A stretch of 62,221 nucleotides of DNA. It comes from a virus (taxonomy: Duplodnaviria > Caudoviricetes). Shown in pieces: positions 7,387-17,123 of the stretch; positions within the stretch are counted from its first letter, which is position 1; each line of letters begins with the position of its first letter. The translations under genes and the position numbers were made by a program. The notes under the pieces are model-generated. The model worked only from the letters and a program-made list of their open reading frames with translations. It made no database searches and was not told the origin of the DNA. The stretch covers positions 1 through 62,221 of the IMG/VR virus record IMGVR_UViG_3300008740_000006; one strand, 5' to 3'.

Positions 7387-8898
7387 ATGCAAACTTCTCT
7401 TGCGGCACTACAGCCTCATATAGGGAATCTCGCTAGCCTCGATCCCGAGACGCTCCGGCGAGTCCACACTCTTACTAGCCAGCTAGTTGAACGGAAGAAG
7501 CGCCAAGCGGCCCAGGCGAGCTACTTGAAGTTTGTCTACGAGGTCTGGCCTGCGTTCATCGAGGGTGCTCATCACAGTCTGATGGCTAACGCCTTTGAGC
7601 GAGTGGCCCGTGGTGAGTTGAAGCGGTTGATCATCAATATGCCGCCACGGCACACAAAGTCTGAATTTGCATCGTACTTGCTCCCAGCTTGGTTCCTTGG
7701 CCGGAACCCTGGTGGGAAAGTGATCCAGACAGCCCACACTGCTGAGCTTGCTGTCGGTTTCGGTCGTAAGGTTCGGAACCTTGTTGGGGATAGTTCGTAT
7801 CAGAAAGTGTTCCCTGGTGTCGGACTGCGCGCCGACTCCAAGGCTGCTGGACGTTGGAACACCAGCGCAGGGGGCGAGTACTTTGCAATTGGGGTCGGGG
7901 GTGCTGTTACCGGGAAAGGCGCGGATCTACTCATAATCGATGATCCTCATTCGGAACAAGAGGGTCAGAGTATCGATCCCACGGTCTTTGATCGCGTGTA
8001 CGAATGGTATACATCCGGCCCGCGCCAGAGGCTTCAGCCCGGTGGCTCCATCGTGATCGTCATGACCCGGTGGCACAAGAGAGATCTGACGGGTCAGATC
8101 CTCAAGTCATCGGCTCAACGAGAAGGCTCAGATGAGTGGGAGGTGCTTGAGCTTCCTGCCATTATGCCGTCTGGCAGCGCCCTCTGGCCCGAGTTCTGGA
8201 CAATCGAAGAACTTGAGAAGCTCCGGGCTGAACTGCCTGTCCCCAAGTGGTCTGCCCAGTACCAGCAGAATCCATCCTCTGAGGAGGGTGCCATCGTCAA
8301 GCGGGACTGGTGGAAGATCTGGGAAGAGGAAGATCCTCCCGAGTGCGAGTTCTTGATCCAGTCCTGGGACACTGCGTTCCTGAAGAACCAGCGATCCGAC
8401 TACTCTGCTTGCACTACTTGGGGTGTCTTCTACCGAGAGGGACCCACTGGGAACAAGATGGCAAATCTGATCTTGCTGTCTGCCTACAAGGATCGTCTGG
8501 AATTTCCAGAACTGAAGAAGTTTGCGCTGGAGTACTACCAACGCTGGAAGCCGGATGCGTTTATCGTGGAAGGCAAGGCGGCAGGTATGCCCCTCGTATT
8601 TGAGCTTCGCGCCCAAGGCATTCCCGTACAGGAATACACCCCCGCCCGAGGCAACGACAAGATTGCGAGGGTGAATGCTATCGCAGACTTGTTTGCTTCT
8701 GGGATCGTGTGGCGTCCCGACAAGAGATTTGCCGAGGAGGTCGTGGAAGAGTTCGCGTCGTTTCCCTCTGGTGACCACGACGATCTAGTGGACTCTGCCA
8801 CTCAGGCACTAATTCGTTTCCGTCGAGGTGGCTTTGTGCCGCTTGAGACAGATGATGGTGGAGACGAGTTTCATGGTAGAAGGGCAGACTACTACTAG
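7387..8898 (+). CDS. terL: Terminase large subunit
   Basis: INMPPRHTKS Walker A, LLIIDDP Walker B, SWDTA nuclease motif, HDDLVDS C-terminal motif. Confidence 0.97.
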   Translation: MQTSLAALQPHIGNLASLDPETLRRVHTLTSQLVERKKRQAAQASYLKFVYEVWPAFIEGAHHSLMANAFERVARGELKRLIINMPPRHTKSEFASYLLPAWFLGRNPGGKVIQTAHTAELAVGFGRKVRNLVGDSSYQKVFPGVGLRADSKAAGRWNTSAGGEYFAIGVGGAVTGKGADLLIIDDPHSEQEGQSIDPTVFDRVYEWYTSGPRQRLQPGGSIVIVMTRWHKRDLTGQILKSSAQREGSDEWEVLELPAIMPSGSALWPEFWTIEELEKLRAELPVPKWSAQYQQNPSSEEGAIVKRDWWKIWEEEDPPECEFLIQSWDTAFLKNQRSDYSACTTWGVFYREGPTGNKMANLILLSAYKDRLEFPELKKFALEYYQRWKPDAFIVEGKAAGMPLVFELRAQGIPVQEYTPARGNDKIARVNAIADLFASGIVWRPDKRFAEEVVEEFASFPSGDHDDLVDSATQALIRFRRGGFVPLETDDGGDEFHGRRADYY

Positions 8899-8907
8899 GA
8901 GATAGAG

Positions 8908-9141
8908 ATGCGAGGAGATGAGTTTAGTCGAGTGAGGAAGGAGAAGAAGGAAGAGGCCAAGCAGATCGATGCTGCCAGGAACAATGCTCGATACACTCCA
9001 ATTCCCGAAGAGGAAGTGGATGAGATCGAGGGTTATAACAGTGGTGGTTTGTTTGAGAACAAGAGAGAACAGGTAGAGATGCGTGGCAAGGGTGCGGCGA
9101 ATTCCGAGGGATCAAAGTTCTATCGGAATGTTGGTAGCTAG
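8908..9141 (+). CDS. Small virion-associated protein (YNSGGL and MRGKGAA motifs)
   Basis: GGAG SD; motifs shared with 20209..20439. Confidence 0.65.
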   Translation: MRGDEFSRVRKEKKEEAKQIDAARNNARYTPIPEEEVDEIEGYNSGGLFENKREQVEMRGKGAANSEGSKFYRNVGS

Positions 9142-9732
9142 ATGGCTCGTGAGTCTGAAGAGTTTGATTGGACAGAGAATGATCTTCAGGCTCTTGAAGA
9201 GATCAAGCTTCATGAGGGGTACAGACCTTCCAAAGATGGTAGTGGGATGATTGGTTACTACGACACGAATGGCTACCTGACGACGGGTCGTGGTCATCTT
9301 GTCAAGGGAGCGGAGAGGCGAGAGGATCTTGCCGAACAAGATGTTCCCGAGTTGTACATGACGCTCGATGAAGCGGATGAGCTTTTCAAGCGGGACTATA
9401 TCGAGCATCGAGATGCTGCGACTAGGACTCCTGGCTGGGACAAGGCTTCTCCCAGTCAGCGTCGAGCCCTCATCAATCTCACGTTTAACATGGGCAAGAA
9501 TTGGTGGAAGTCTTGGAAGGACTTTCCCCGTGCTGCTTCCGAGGGAGACTGGGATGCGGCAGCGGATGCCCTGGTTGATAGTTCTTGGTATGAACAGGTG
9601 AAGTCTCGTGGGCCTGAAGTTGTAAGCATGATTCGTCCTGCTCGGCGCGAGGAGGGTGGAGATGAGACTTTGATTGCATCTCTTCCCGGCATGTGGTCCG
9701 GGGGTTTGGTTGGACGGTCGAGGTACACATGA
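9142..9732 (+). CDS. Phage lysozyme (GH24/T4-lysozyme-like)
   Basis: HEG...YYDTNGYLTTGRGHL catalytic E-x-D-x5-T arrangement; ALINLTFNMG; DSSWYEQVKSR. Confidence 0.9.
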   Translation: MARESEEFDWTENDLQALEEIKLHEGYRPSKDGSGMIGYYDTNGYLTTGRGHLVKGAERREDLAEQDVPELYMTLDEADELFKRDYIEHRDAATRTPGWDKASPSQRRALINLTFNMGKNWWKSWKDFPRAASEGDWDAAADALVDSSWYEQVKSRGPEVVSMIRPARREEGGDETLIASLPGMWSGGLVGRSRYT

Positions 9733-10208
9733 AGTTCTTTCTTGCGATTGCTCTTGTTGTGTCTTTGGGTTGTGCGTCTTTGGGTGAGAGTCCCAGGCAG
9801 AAAGCTGCTGCTGTTACAAACATCACACTGGGAGCCCCGTTCTATGCAGCATCCTATGTCTCGGGTTTGTTCCTGAACTTCATTGCCTACGGCACTGCTT
9901 GGATTGCGGGAGACTCTGATGCGGAAGTGGTGGTTTGGTTCAGTGCCGATTACGGGCCTGACTATGCCAGCATGAATACTCCTTGGTGTTGGGTCTATAT
10001 GGGAAGGGAGCCGGTTGATCGAAAGATTGCCGGAGGCATGAGGCCCAACGCTCATATTCGCCAGATTCCGATTGCGGGTTTTGATACGGAGTGGCCGCCC
10101 GATCTCACTTGGTGCAGGACAGAGGTGGGTCTTCGATACAACAAGAGAGGGGATGAATCGTTTCCGCTGGATCCTGAGACAGGTATTGAAATCTACGATG
10201 TCCACTGA
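9729..10208 (+). CDS. Predicted lipoprotein
   Basis: MKFFLAIALVVSLG-C lipobox; ATG overlaps the lysozyme stop. Confidence 0.65.
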   Translation: MKFFLAIALVVSLGCASLGESPRQKAAAVTNITLGAPFYAASYVSGLFLNFIAYGTAWIAGDSDAEVVVWFSADYGPDYASMNTPWCWVYMGREPVDRKIAGGMRPNAHIRQIPIAGFDTEWPPDLTWCRTEVGLRYNKRGDESFPLDPETGIEIYDVH

Positions 10209-10480
10209 TGGAGAATGGTCCCACAGGTAGAGAGTGGGGGGAGTTGTCAAAGGAAGTGGCAGAGATCAGACATGATCTTAGAACCTGTAGGCAGATCGTG
10301 ACATCGCAGGCTGAGGTACTCCACGAATTGGAGATGGAGTTCAGAAAGGAAATGCAGTCTCTTCTGCACAACGTCAACACAGTTCGCACTAAGATCTACA
10401 CAACTATTTCTGTTGTGGGTGTTGTGGCAAGTGTTGTGGCGTTTTTGATCGGGATTGTCCTGCCACTATTTACTAAATAG
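10208..10480 (+). CDS. Coiled-coil protein with C-terminal TM helix
   Basis: Heptad region then ISVVGVVASVVAFLIGIVLPLF. Confidence 0.65.
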   Translation: MENGPTGREWGELSKEVAEIRHDLRTCRQIVTSQAEVLHELEMEFRKEMQSLLHNVNTVRTKIYTTISVVGVVASVVAFLIGIVLPLFTK

Positions 10481-10489
10481 GAGAACAGT

Positions 10490-10699
10490 ATGGCTGCTAA
10501 GAAGAAGCAAGGATACTTGGATCGCGAAGCAGAGAAGACTCCCGGCAAGGGTAAGGGAAAGGTGACACCCAAGACTAGAGCCAAGATGGCTCGTGGTGCC
10601 CGCAAGGCAGACACTGGAACTGGCAAGGGTTCGTATGGTTTCAAGAAGAAGTCTACGAAGAAGAAGGCACGCGCCAAGAAGTTGGCAAAGAAGGCGTAA
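10490..10699 (+). CDS. Small highly basic protein
   Basis: AGGAG SD; K/R-rich 69 aa. Confidence 0.7.
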   Translation: MAAKKKQGYLDREAEKTPGKGKGKVTPKTRAKMARGARKADTGTGKGSYGFKKKSTKKKARAKKLAKKA

Positions 10700-10843
10700 G
10701 TGCCTCTCAAGAAGGGCAGCGGCAGCAAGGCAGTAAGTTCCAATATCAAGGAGCTTAAGAGGTCTGGAAGACCCCAGAAGCAGGCTGTTGCCATTGCTCT
10801 ATCCAAGGCTGGCAAGTCTAACAAGAAGAAGAGAAAGGCTTGA
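10700..10843 (+). CDS. Small basic phage protein (MPLKKG...[13 protein letters not shown])
   Basis: 47 aa, below the ORF-track cutoff; widespread phage motif [10 protein letters not shown]; fills the gap before the portal. Confidence 0.8.
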   Translation: MPLKKGSGSKAVSSNIKELKRSGRPQKQAVAIALSKAGKSNKKKRKA

Positions 10844-10844
10844 T

Positions 10845-13352
10845 GTGGCGATAGAGAAACCCCTGACAGAGATTCCCGTTACGATGACGGATCTTCTTCC
10901 GAATGAGGAAGAAGAGGAGATGACCGTTGAGGTGGTAAACCCGGAAGCTGTTTCGATTGAGACTGAAGATGGTGGGGTTCTGATTGACTTTGATCCCGAT
11001 GCATCTGGTGCCGAGGGAGAAGATTTCTATTCGAATCTAGCTGAGTTCATAGAGGATGATGTTCTGGGCCGTCTTTCCTCTGAACTTCACGGTCACTACC
11101 TGTCTGACAAGAACAGTCGAAAGGATTGGGAAGAGAGTTACGTCAAGGGTCTTGATCAGTTGGGTATGAAGATCGAGAACCGAACTGCTCCCTGGGAGGG
11201 AGCTTGTGGAGTTACGCATCCGATTTTGTCTGAGGCTGTAGTTCGCTTTCAGAGTCAGTCCATTGTTGAAATCTTTCCTGCCGGGGGTCCAGTTAAGACA
11301 AAGATCGTTGGCAAGATGACGGAGGAGAAGGAGAAGCAGGCACAGAGGGTTCAGGACTTTATGAACTATCTGGCTACTGAGGTCATGACGGAGTACAGGT
11401 CGGAGACTGAGAAGATGCTTTTCAGCTTGCCCCTGTCTGGCTCGGCGTTCCGAAAGGTTTACTGGGACCCGAACATGGGTAGACCTTGTGCGATGTTCGT
11501 TCCATCAGAAGATCTTGTTGTTTCCTATGGAGCTTCTTCTCTGATTACATGCGAACGCATTACGCATGTAATGAAGAGGAACAGTAACGATATTCGAAAG
11601 CTTCAGGTCAGCGGCTTCTATCGAGACGTTGATCTTGGCGACTCTTCTGTTAGCGAAGGAAAGATCCAAGAGAAGTACAACCAGCTTACAGGTGAAGATC
11701 CTAGTTATGAATCAGATGGCAGGCACACTCTTCTGGAGATGCATGTTGACTTGGATCTTGAGGGTTACGAGGACAAGGACGAGTCTGGTGAAGATACAGG
11801 CGTAGCTCTTCCTTACGTTGTCACTATTGATTCTGACAACAACACAGTTCTTTCGGTGAGAAGGAATTGGATGGAGGGAGACGAGAAGAAGCTTCGACGC
11901 GAACACTTCGTTCATTATGAGTACGTTCCGGGTCTTGGCTTCTACGGATTCGGTCTTGTTCATATGATTGGCGGAATCGCGAAGTCTGTGACTTCTGTTC
12001 TTCGCCAACTTGTTGATGCTGGCACTCTCAGTAATTTGCCGGGTGGGTTGAAGTCCAGGGGGCTTCGCATCCGGGGAGACGACACTCCGATTGCACCGGG
12101 TGAGTTTAGGGACGTGGATGTTCCTAGTGGTTCTATTGCTGAGAACATTACGTTCCTTCCATACAAGGAACCTTCGACTGTCCTCTTCTCGTTGATGGGA
12201 AATCTTGTCGAAGAAGGTCGGCGCTTTGCATCGTTGACTGATTTGCAGATCAGCGACATGAATCAGCAGGCCCCAGTGGGAACCACGCTTGCATTGATGG
12301 AGCGGTCCATGAAGGTGATGACCGCTGTTCAAGCCAGACTTCATGCCTCCATGAAGCAAGAGTTTGCAATCTTGGAACAGATCGTTGTAGATCACGCACC
12401 CCATGAGTATCCGTATGATCTTGAGGGTGATGAGGAGATGCGGTTTACGGACTTCGATGATCGCATCGATGTGATTCCGGTTTCTGATCCGAACTCATCG
12501 ACAATGGCTCAAAGGATTATGCAGTATCAAGCTGCTCTGCAGTTGGCTGGTACGGCTCCACAGATGTACGACTTGCCGAAGTTGCACAGGCAGATGCTGG
12601 ATGTTCTTGGCATTCGTGATGCGGAACAGATCATTCCGACAGAGGATGATATCCCTGCGAGAGATCCTGTTTCTGAGAATATGGATTTGATCGTTGGGGA
12701 TCCCGTGCGTGCTTACATTTGGCAAGATCATCAAGCTCACATTGCTGCCCACATGAGTGCAGTGGATGATCCTCGTATTCAAGAGATGGCTGCACAAGCT
12801 CCAAACGCTGGTGCTATTCGTGCGGCTGCTTCTGCCCATGTTGCTGAACATCTTGCCTTCCAGTATCGGCGTGATATCGAGAAGGAACTTGGCGTGACGC
12901 TTCCGCCCCCGAACGAGCCTTTGCCGCAGGATGTTGAGGTTCAGCTTTCCAAGTTGGTTGCGGAAGCCTCTGTTCGTGTGGGTCAACAGCACGCTGCGGA
13001 AGCGATGCAGCGAGAGGCTCAAGAGCAGGCAGAAGATCCCGTTCTCCAGATGCGTCGTCGGGAACTTGACATCCAAGAGCAGGATATTGCTGCTCGTGTT
13101 AAGGAGCGTGAAGCTCGGATTGTTCTTGATGCAGAAAAGATGGAACAGCGAACTGCGGTTGAGCGTGAGAGGATTGCCGCCCAGGAGCGCATGACTGATT
13201 CCAAGCTTGGGGCAGAGATGGCTTCCGAGATTATCGAAGCGGACATAAAGGGTGAGGAGATCTCCAGCCGGGAGGCTCTGGAGAATCTGAAGATTGCAAC
13301 TGATCTTGCAAACAAAGCAGAGGATCGTTTGAGTAAGGATAGAAGGGAGTAG
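10845..13352 (+). CDS. Portal protein
   Basis: GTG start (MAIEKPL); PWEGACGVTHPILSEAVVRFQ, FYGFGLVHMIG, GTLSNLPGG; long C-terminal coiled barrel as in P22-type portals. Confidence 0.92.
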   Translation: MAIEKPLTEIPVTMTDLLPNEEEEEMTVEVVNPEAVSIETEDGGVLIDFDPDASGAEGEDFYSNLAEFIEDDVLGRLSSELHGHYLSDKNSRKDWEESYVKGLDQLGMKIENRTAPWEGACGVTHPILSEAVVRFQSQSIVEIFPAGGPVKTKIVGKMTEEKEKQAQRVQDFMNYLATEVMTEYRSETEKMLFSLPLSGSAFRKVYWDPNMGRPCAMFVPSEDLVVSYGASSLITCERITHVMKRNSNDIRKLQVSGFYRDVDLGDSSVSEGKIQEKYNQLTGEDPSYESDGRHTLLEMHVDLDLEGYEDKDESGEDTGVALPYVVTIDSDNNTVLSVRRNWMEGDEKKLRREHFVHYEYVPGLGFYGFGLVHMIGGIAKSVTSVLRQLVDAGTLSNLPGGLKSRGLRIRGDDTPIAPGEFRDVDVPSGSIAENITFLPYKEPSTVLFSLMGNLVEEGRRFASLTDLQISDMNQQAPVGTTLALMERSMKVMTAVQARLHASMKQEFAILEQIVVDHAPHEYPYDLEGDEEMRFTDFDDRIDVIPVSDPNSSTMAQRIMQYQAALQLAGTAPQMYDLPKLHRQMLDVLGIRDAEQIIPTEDDIPARDPVSENMDLIVGDPVRAYIWQDHQAHIAAHMSAVDDPRIQEMAAQAPNAGAIRAAASAHVAEHLAFQYRRDIEKELGVTLPPPNEPLPQDVEVQLSKLVAEASVRVGQQHAAEAMQREAQEQAEDPVLQMRRRELDIQEQDIAARVKEREARIVLDAEKMEQRTAVERERIAAQERMTDSKLGAEMASEIIEADIKGEEISSREALENLKIATDLANKAEDRLSKDRRE

Positions 13353-13356
13353 TTGC

Positions 13357-13554
13357 TTGCCTCTTTTCGATGAGGTCTTTTTGGAGAAGCTTCGCGAGAT
13401 CAGGAAGGTTCACGCGGATTACATCACGGCTTCTTCTGCAAAGGATTTCTCTGATTACAAGAGAGTTTGTGGTTTTATAGAGGGTATCGATGTGGCTGTT
13501 GCTGAGTTCAAGGAACTCTTGCGTACAGTGGACGGTGACTCTCAGGAACTTTGA
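13357..13554 (+). CDS. Conserved small protein after portal
   Basis: DFSDYKRVCGFIEG motif; GGGAG SD. Confidence 0.7.
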   Translation: MPLFDEVFLEKLREIRKVHADYITASSAKDFSDYKRVCGFIEGIDVAVAEFKELLRTVDGDSQEL

Positions 13555-13558
13555 TTTT

Positions 13559-13609
13559 CGCCCAACAGTGGGCGCAGTGGGAAACGAAGGCTCCCATCAA
13601 TGTCCTTCG
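13559..13609 (+). promoter_or_regulatory. Hairpin plus H-type pseudoknot in the groES leader
   Basis: CGCCCA/UGGGCG hairpin; S1 UGGGA(13578)/UCCCA(13592), S2 CGAAGG(13585)/CCUUCG(13604). Confidence 0.6.
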
Positions 13610-13637
13610 CAGATAGAAGAATAGGAACTTGAACCAA

Positions 13638-14021
13638 ATGGCCGAGGTGATTCAATACAGTGATCGTAAGCCTGAAGAGTTGCAAAAAGCAACACAGTTG
13701 CCCGTACCTTCTGGCTATAGATTGCTAGTTGCTTTGCCTGACGTTGAAGAGACAACAGAGGCTGGAATCTACATTCCGAACGAGAGGCGTGACGCAGAAT
13801 CCGTTGCGAGTGTTGTTGGGTTTGTACTGAAGGTTGGGCCTGATGCTTATGCCGACAAGAAGAGATTTCCGAATGGACCCTGGTGCGAGGAGGGTGATTG
13901 GATTGTGATGCGTGCGTACTCAGGTACTCGCCTTCGCATTCACGGGAAAGAGTTTCGTATCATCAATGATGATTCGGTGGAGGCAGTGGTGCAAGATCCG
14001 AGAGGTGTTGTACGAGCATGA
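13638..14021 (+). CDS. groES: GroES-like co-chaperonin
   Basis: PSGYRLLV...TEAGIYIP...GFVLKVGP...GDWI...YSGT...FRIINDDSVEAVV Cpn10 pattern. Confidence 0.9.
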   Translation: MAEVIQYSDRKPEELQKATQLPVPSGYRLLVALPDVEETTEAGIYIPNERRDAESVASVVGFVLKVGPDAYADKKRFPNGPWCEEGDWIVMRAYSGTRLRIHGKEFRIINDDSVEAVVQDPRGVVRA

Positions 14022-14965
14022 GTGAGGGGAACTATTCAAGTCCGTTTGACGATTTGTCTGGCAATCCGATCACAGAGCCTTTGGTTGAATCTTCGGATGA
14101 GAGCTTGGAAGAGCTTGAGATTGATGTTGTAGACGATAGGCCCGAAAAGGATCGAGTTGCTCCTCGCGATCCTGCTCGTTCAGTTCCAATTGAAGATGTG
14201 GATGACACTGAGCCCGGTCCTGCAGGGGGCCGACTCAGTCGATTGAAGTACGAGTATCATGAAGAGCGCAGAGAGAAAGAAGCTGCAGAGAGGATGCGGG
14301 AGGAGGCGATTCGTTACGCGCAACAAGTTGCGAAGCAGAACGAAGAGCTTCGTGCCGTTCTCGTTCAAGGTGAAAATGTTCTTGTAGATGAGATGAGGCA
14401 GCGTGCAAGAGGGGACCTTGAAAAGGCCAGGGCTGATTACAAAGTTGCCTATGAAGAGGGTAACACTGACGCACTATTGAAGGCGCAAGAAGATCTGAAT
14501 CGCTTTCAGCGTCAATCTGAGTTGGCTGAGTCGCAAGGAACAATTGTTCCCGGCCACCTTCAACAAGGTACTCCCCCTCCCCCCACTGCTGCCCAACCCC
14601 CGCCTGATCCGAAGCTTTCGGAATGGATGGGTAAGAACGAGTGGTTTGGACAGGATCAAGAGATGACTTCGTTTGCTTATGGAGTTCATCACAATCTTGT
14701 TCAAAGTGGTGTTGATCCTCGATCAGAGGATTACTACGCAAAGCTAGACATGAGAGTCAGGGAAGTCTTCCCTGAAAAGTTTGGGAATGGAAAGGCAATG
14801 GAGACGCCTGTTGCAGGTTCTCAGACTACTGTGGTTGCTCCGGCAAATCGTTCATCGGGCAAGCCACGCAGAGTGCAACTAACCTCCACCCAGGTCGCCC
14901 TCGCGAAGCGACTAGGTTTAACTCCAGAACAGTACGCCAAACAACTCCTGAAGGAGATGCGGTAA
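14018..14965 (+). CDS. Capsid scaffolding protein (putative)
   Basis: Acidic N-terminus, long coiled coil, W..KNEWFG, C-terminal VALAKRLGLTPEQYAK. Confidence 0.75.
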   Translation: MSEGNYSSPFDDLSGNPITEPLVESSDESLEELEIDVVDDRPEKDRVAPRDPARSVPIEDVDDTEPGPAGGRLSRLKYEYHEERREKEAAERMREEAIRYAQQVAKQNEELRAVLVQGENVLVDEMRQRARGDLEKARADYKVAYEEGNTDALLKAQEDLNRFQRQSELAESQGTIVPGHLQQGTPPPPTAAQPPPDPKLSEWMGKNEWFGQDQEMTSFAYGVHHNLVQSGVDPRSEDYYAKLDMRVREVFPEKFGNGKAMETPVAGSQTTVVAPANRSSGKPRRVQLTSTQVALAKRLGLTPEQYAKQLLKEMR

Positions 14966-15432
14966 TGACTGACTCGCGCAGCCAAGAGATGAAGCTTGAT
15001 GAACGTAGGGCTTCAACTCGCGATGACGAAAAACGTGAAACACCGTGGAAACCGGCACCGATGTTACCTGAGCCTAATCCGAGAGAGGGTTTGGATTTCA
15101 GGTATGTGAGAGTGTCTATGCGTGGGGAGGCGGATAACATCAATGTCTCCCAGGCCCTTCGTGAGGGATGGGAGCCTGTTCTTTCAACAGACTATCCTGA
15201 ACTCCAAATTGTTTCTGATCGTGGTTCCCAATATCCAGACAATGTAGTTGTCGGGGGTCTTCTGCTTTGCTCAAGGCCCAAGGAGATTGGTGAGGTTACG
15301 AAGAAGCATGCTGCGAAGGAAGTTGCTGAACAGATGGAAGCGGTGGATCGCAATTACTTCAGAGAGCAAGATTCGCGTATGCCTTTGCTCAAGCCTGAGC
15401 GAAGCACGCGGATCACGTTTGGCGATGACTGA
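14965..15432 (+). CDS. Conserved head-module protein
   Basis: FRYVRVS...REGWEPV...VGGLLLC pattern typical between scaffold and capsid. Confidence 0.75.
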   Translation: MTDSRSQEMKLDERRASTRDDEKRETPWKPAPMLPEPNPREGLDFRYVRVSMRGEADNINVSQALREGWEPVLSTDYPELQIVSDRGSQYPDNVVVGGLLLCSRPKEIGEVTKKHAAKEVAEQMEAVDRNYFREQDSRMPLLKPERSTRITFGDD

Positions 15433-15485
15433 CAGTAGATGGACTACTGAAGGCTATCGTCCAATGATAGATAGGAGATAGCCAA

Positions 15486-16034
15486 ATGGCTTTTGGACTA
15501 CGTCCTATTAGGCAGAATGGCAACGCCTACAATACTGCTGGTTTCACGGAGCTTCCGATTGCGGATAGCTACGCAACCAACATTTTTAATGGCGATCCTG
15601 TTCAGCTTAGTAGTGGATTGATCGTTGTTGCTGCGGGTGTTCCGCAGGACGACGCACAGCCCGTTGTGGGCACATTGGTGGGTGCCCGATGGGTAGATGT
15701 CAATGGAACACCGCAGTGGGGACAGTATTACAAGGGTGATTCTGACAACACCGAATGCTTTGCATTTGTGGCAACTGGTGCGGACCAGCTTTTCCTGGTT
15801 CGTTCCGAGACTGCTGTTGCTAACAGCCAGATTGGGGTTCAGTACGAACTCACTGCTGGTTCGGGTGGATCAACGTCAACTGGAAATTCCAGTTACGATA
15901 TTGACGTAAGTGGCGGCGCGAGTGGTACTGGCGGTGTCATTCTGGTCGATTGGCCGAAGAACGGCACAAACGAAACGTCAAGCACGCCGGATGTCATTGT
16001 CAAGTGGGCCTCCGGAACACACTCCGACTTCTAG
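15486..16034 (+). CDS. Capsid decoration/minor capsid protein (putative)
   Basis: FGLRP...IFNGDPV...G.STGNS; directly upstream of the major capsid gene. Confidence 0.7.
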   Translation: MAFGLRPIRQNGNAYNTAGFTELPIADSYATNIFNGDPVQLSSGLIVVAAGVPQDDAQPVVGTLVGARWVDVNGTPQWGQYYKGDSDNTECFAFVATGADQLFLVRSETAVANSQIGVQYELTAGSGGSTSTGNSSYDIDVSGGASGTGGVILVDWPKNGTNETSSTPDVIVKWASGTHSDF

Positions 16035-16052
16035 GAAAGGAGGTAAATCATA

Positions 16053-16973
16053 ATGGCTATTTCACGAGCCCAAATGATGAAGGAACTCCTCCCTGGGCTG
16101 AATGCCTTGTTTGGGTTGGAGTACAAGCAATACGAAGACGAGAGTGCCGAGATCTACGAGACTGAATCTTCCGAGAGAGCTTTCGAGGAAGAGGTCAAGC
16201 TGAGTGGATTCGGTGCTGCACCCGTGAAGAGTGAAGGATCGTCTATCAGTTACGATACCGCTCAAGAACACTTCACGGCTCGTTACACTCACGAGACAAT
16301 TGCAATGGGCTTTGCGATCACGGAAGAGGCTGTCGAAGACAATCTCTATGACTCCGTGTCCGCTCGCTACACCAAGGCACTAGCCCGTGCAATGGCTCAC
16401 ACGAAGCAGGTTAAGGCTGCGTTCCCTTTGAACAACGCCTACGATTCGTCAATCTTTTCTGCTGGTGATAGCAAGGCACTTTGTGCCGATGATCATCCGG
16501 TTGTTTCTGGTTCGGATTTGAGGAACCTGCTTTCGGTCCCAGCTGATCTCAACGAGACTTCTCTTGAGCAGGCTGTGATCGACATTGCGGCTTTCACGGA
16601 TGACCGGGGTCTTATCATCGCGGCCCGTCCAAGGAAGCTGATCATTGCTCCGTACAACCAGTTCGTTGCCACTCGCGTTCTCGATTCGGAACTCCGTGCC
16701 GGGACCGCCGACAACGACATCAATGCACTGCGGACCAATGGAGCCATCCCGAATGGTTATTCGGTTAACCACTTCATTACGAGTGCCAACAAGAGAGAGT
16801 GGTTCCTGATGACCGATGTGCCTAACGGTATGAAGCACTTCACGCGAACGCCGCTTCAGACTGGGATGGACGGTGACTTCGATACCGGGAATGTTCGCTA
16901 CAAGGCGCGGGAACGATACTCGTTCGGCGTCAGCGATTATCTCGGCATCTTTGGCAGTGGCAATTTGGCATAG
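16053..16973 (+). CDS. Major capsid protein (Mu gpT-like family)
   Basis: MAISRAQMMKELLPGLNALFG...DFDTGNVRYKARERYSFG; strong GGAGG SD. Confidence 0.93.
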   Translation: MAISRAQMMKELLPGLNALFGLEYKQYEDESAEIYETESSERAFEEEVKLSGFGAAPVKSEGSSISYDTAQEHFTARYTHETIAMGFAITEEAVEDNLYDSVSARYTKALARAMAHTKQVKAAFPLNNAYDSSIFSAGDSKALCADDHPVVSGSDLRNLLSVPADLNETSLEQAVIDIAAFTDDRGLIIAARPRKLIIAPYNQFVATRVLDSELRAGTADNDINALRTNGAIPNGYSVNHFITSANKREWFLMTDVPNGMKHFTRTPLQTGMDGDFDTGNVRYKARERYSFGVSDYLGIFGSGNLA

Positions 16974-16992
16974 CGGCACATTTTGTACTGCC

Positions 16993-17051
16993 GGAGGGGG
17001 CGGGGTCCATTTGGAAATGGTTCCTGTGGGGGCACCTCGTCCCCTCTTTTT
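16993..17051 (+). terminator. Rho-independent terminator after the capsid gene
   Basis: GAGGGGGCGGGG...CCTCGTCCCCTC followed by TTTTT. Confidence 0.7.
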
Positions 17052-17060
17052 CAAACCAAA

Positions 17061-17123
17061 CTCGTCAGACTTAACCAGACAGCACGCGGACTGGCGAGGT
17101 AGAGGCGTGCATCGAGGTATGCA
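17061..17123 (+). ncRNA. Pseudoknotted element downstream of the capsid gene (Mu-gpT-DE-like cis RNA candidate)
   Basis: S1 CUCGUCAG/CUGGCGAG, S2 GCACGC/GCGUGC; overlapping UGCAU/AUGCA hairpin holds the GAGG SD. Confidence 0.5.
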
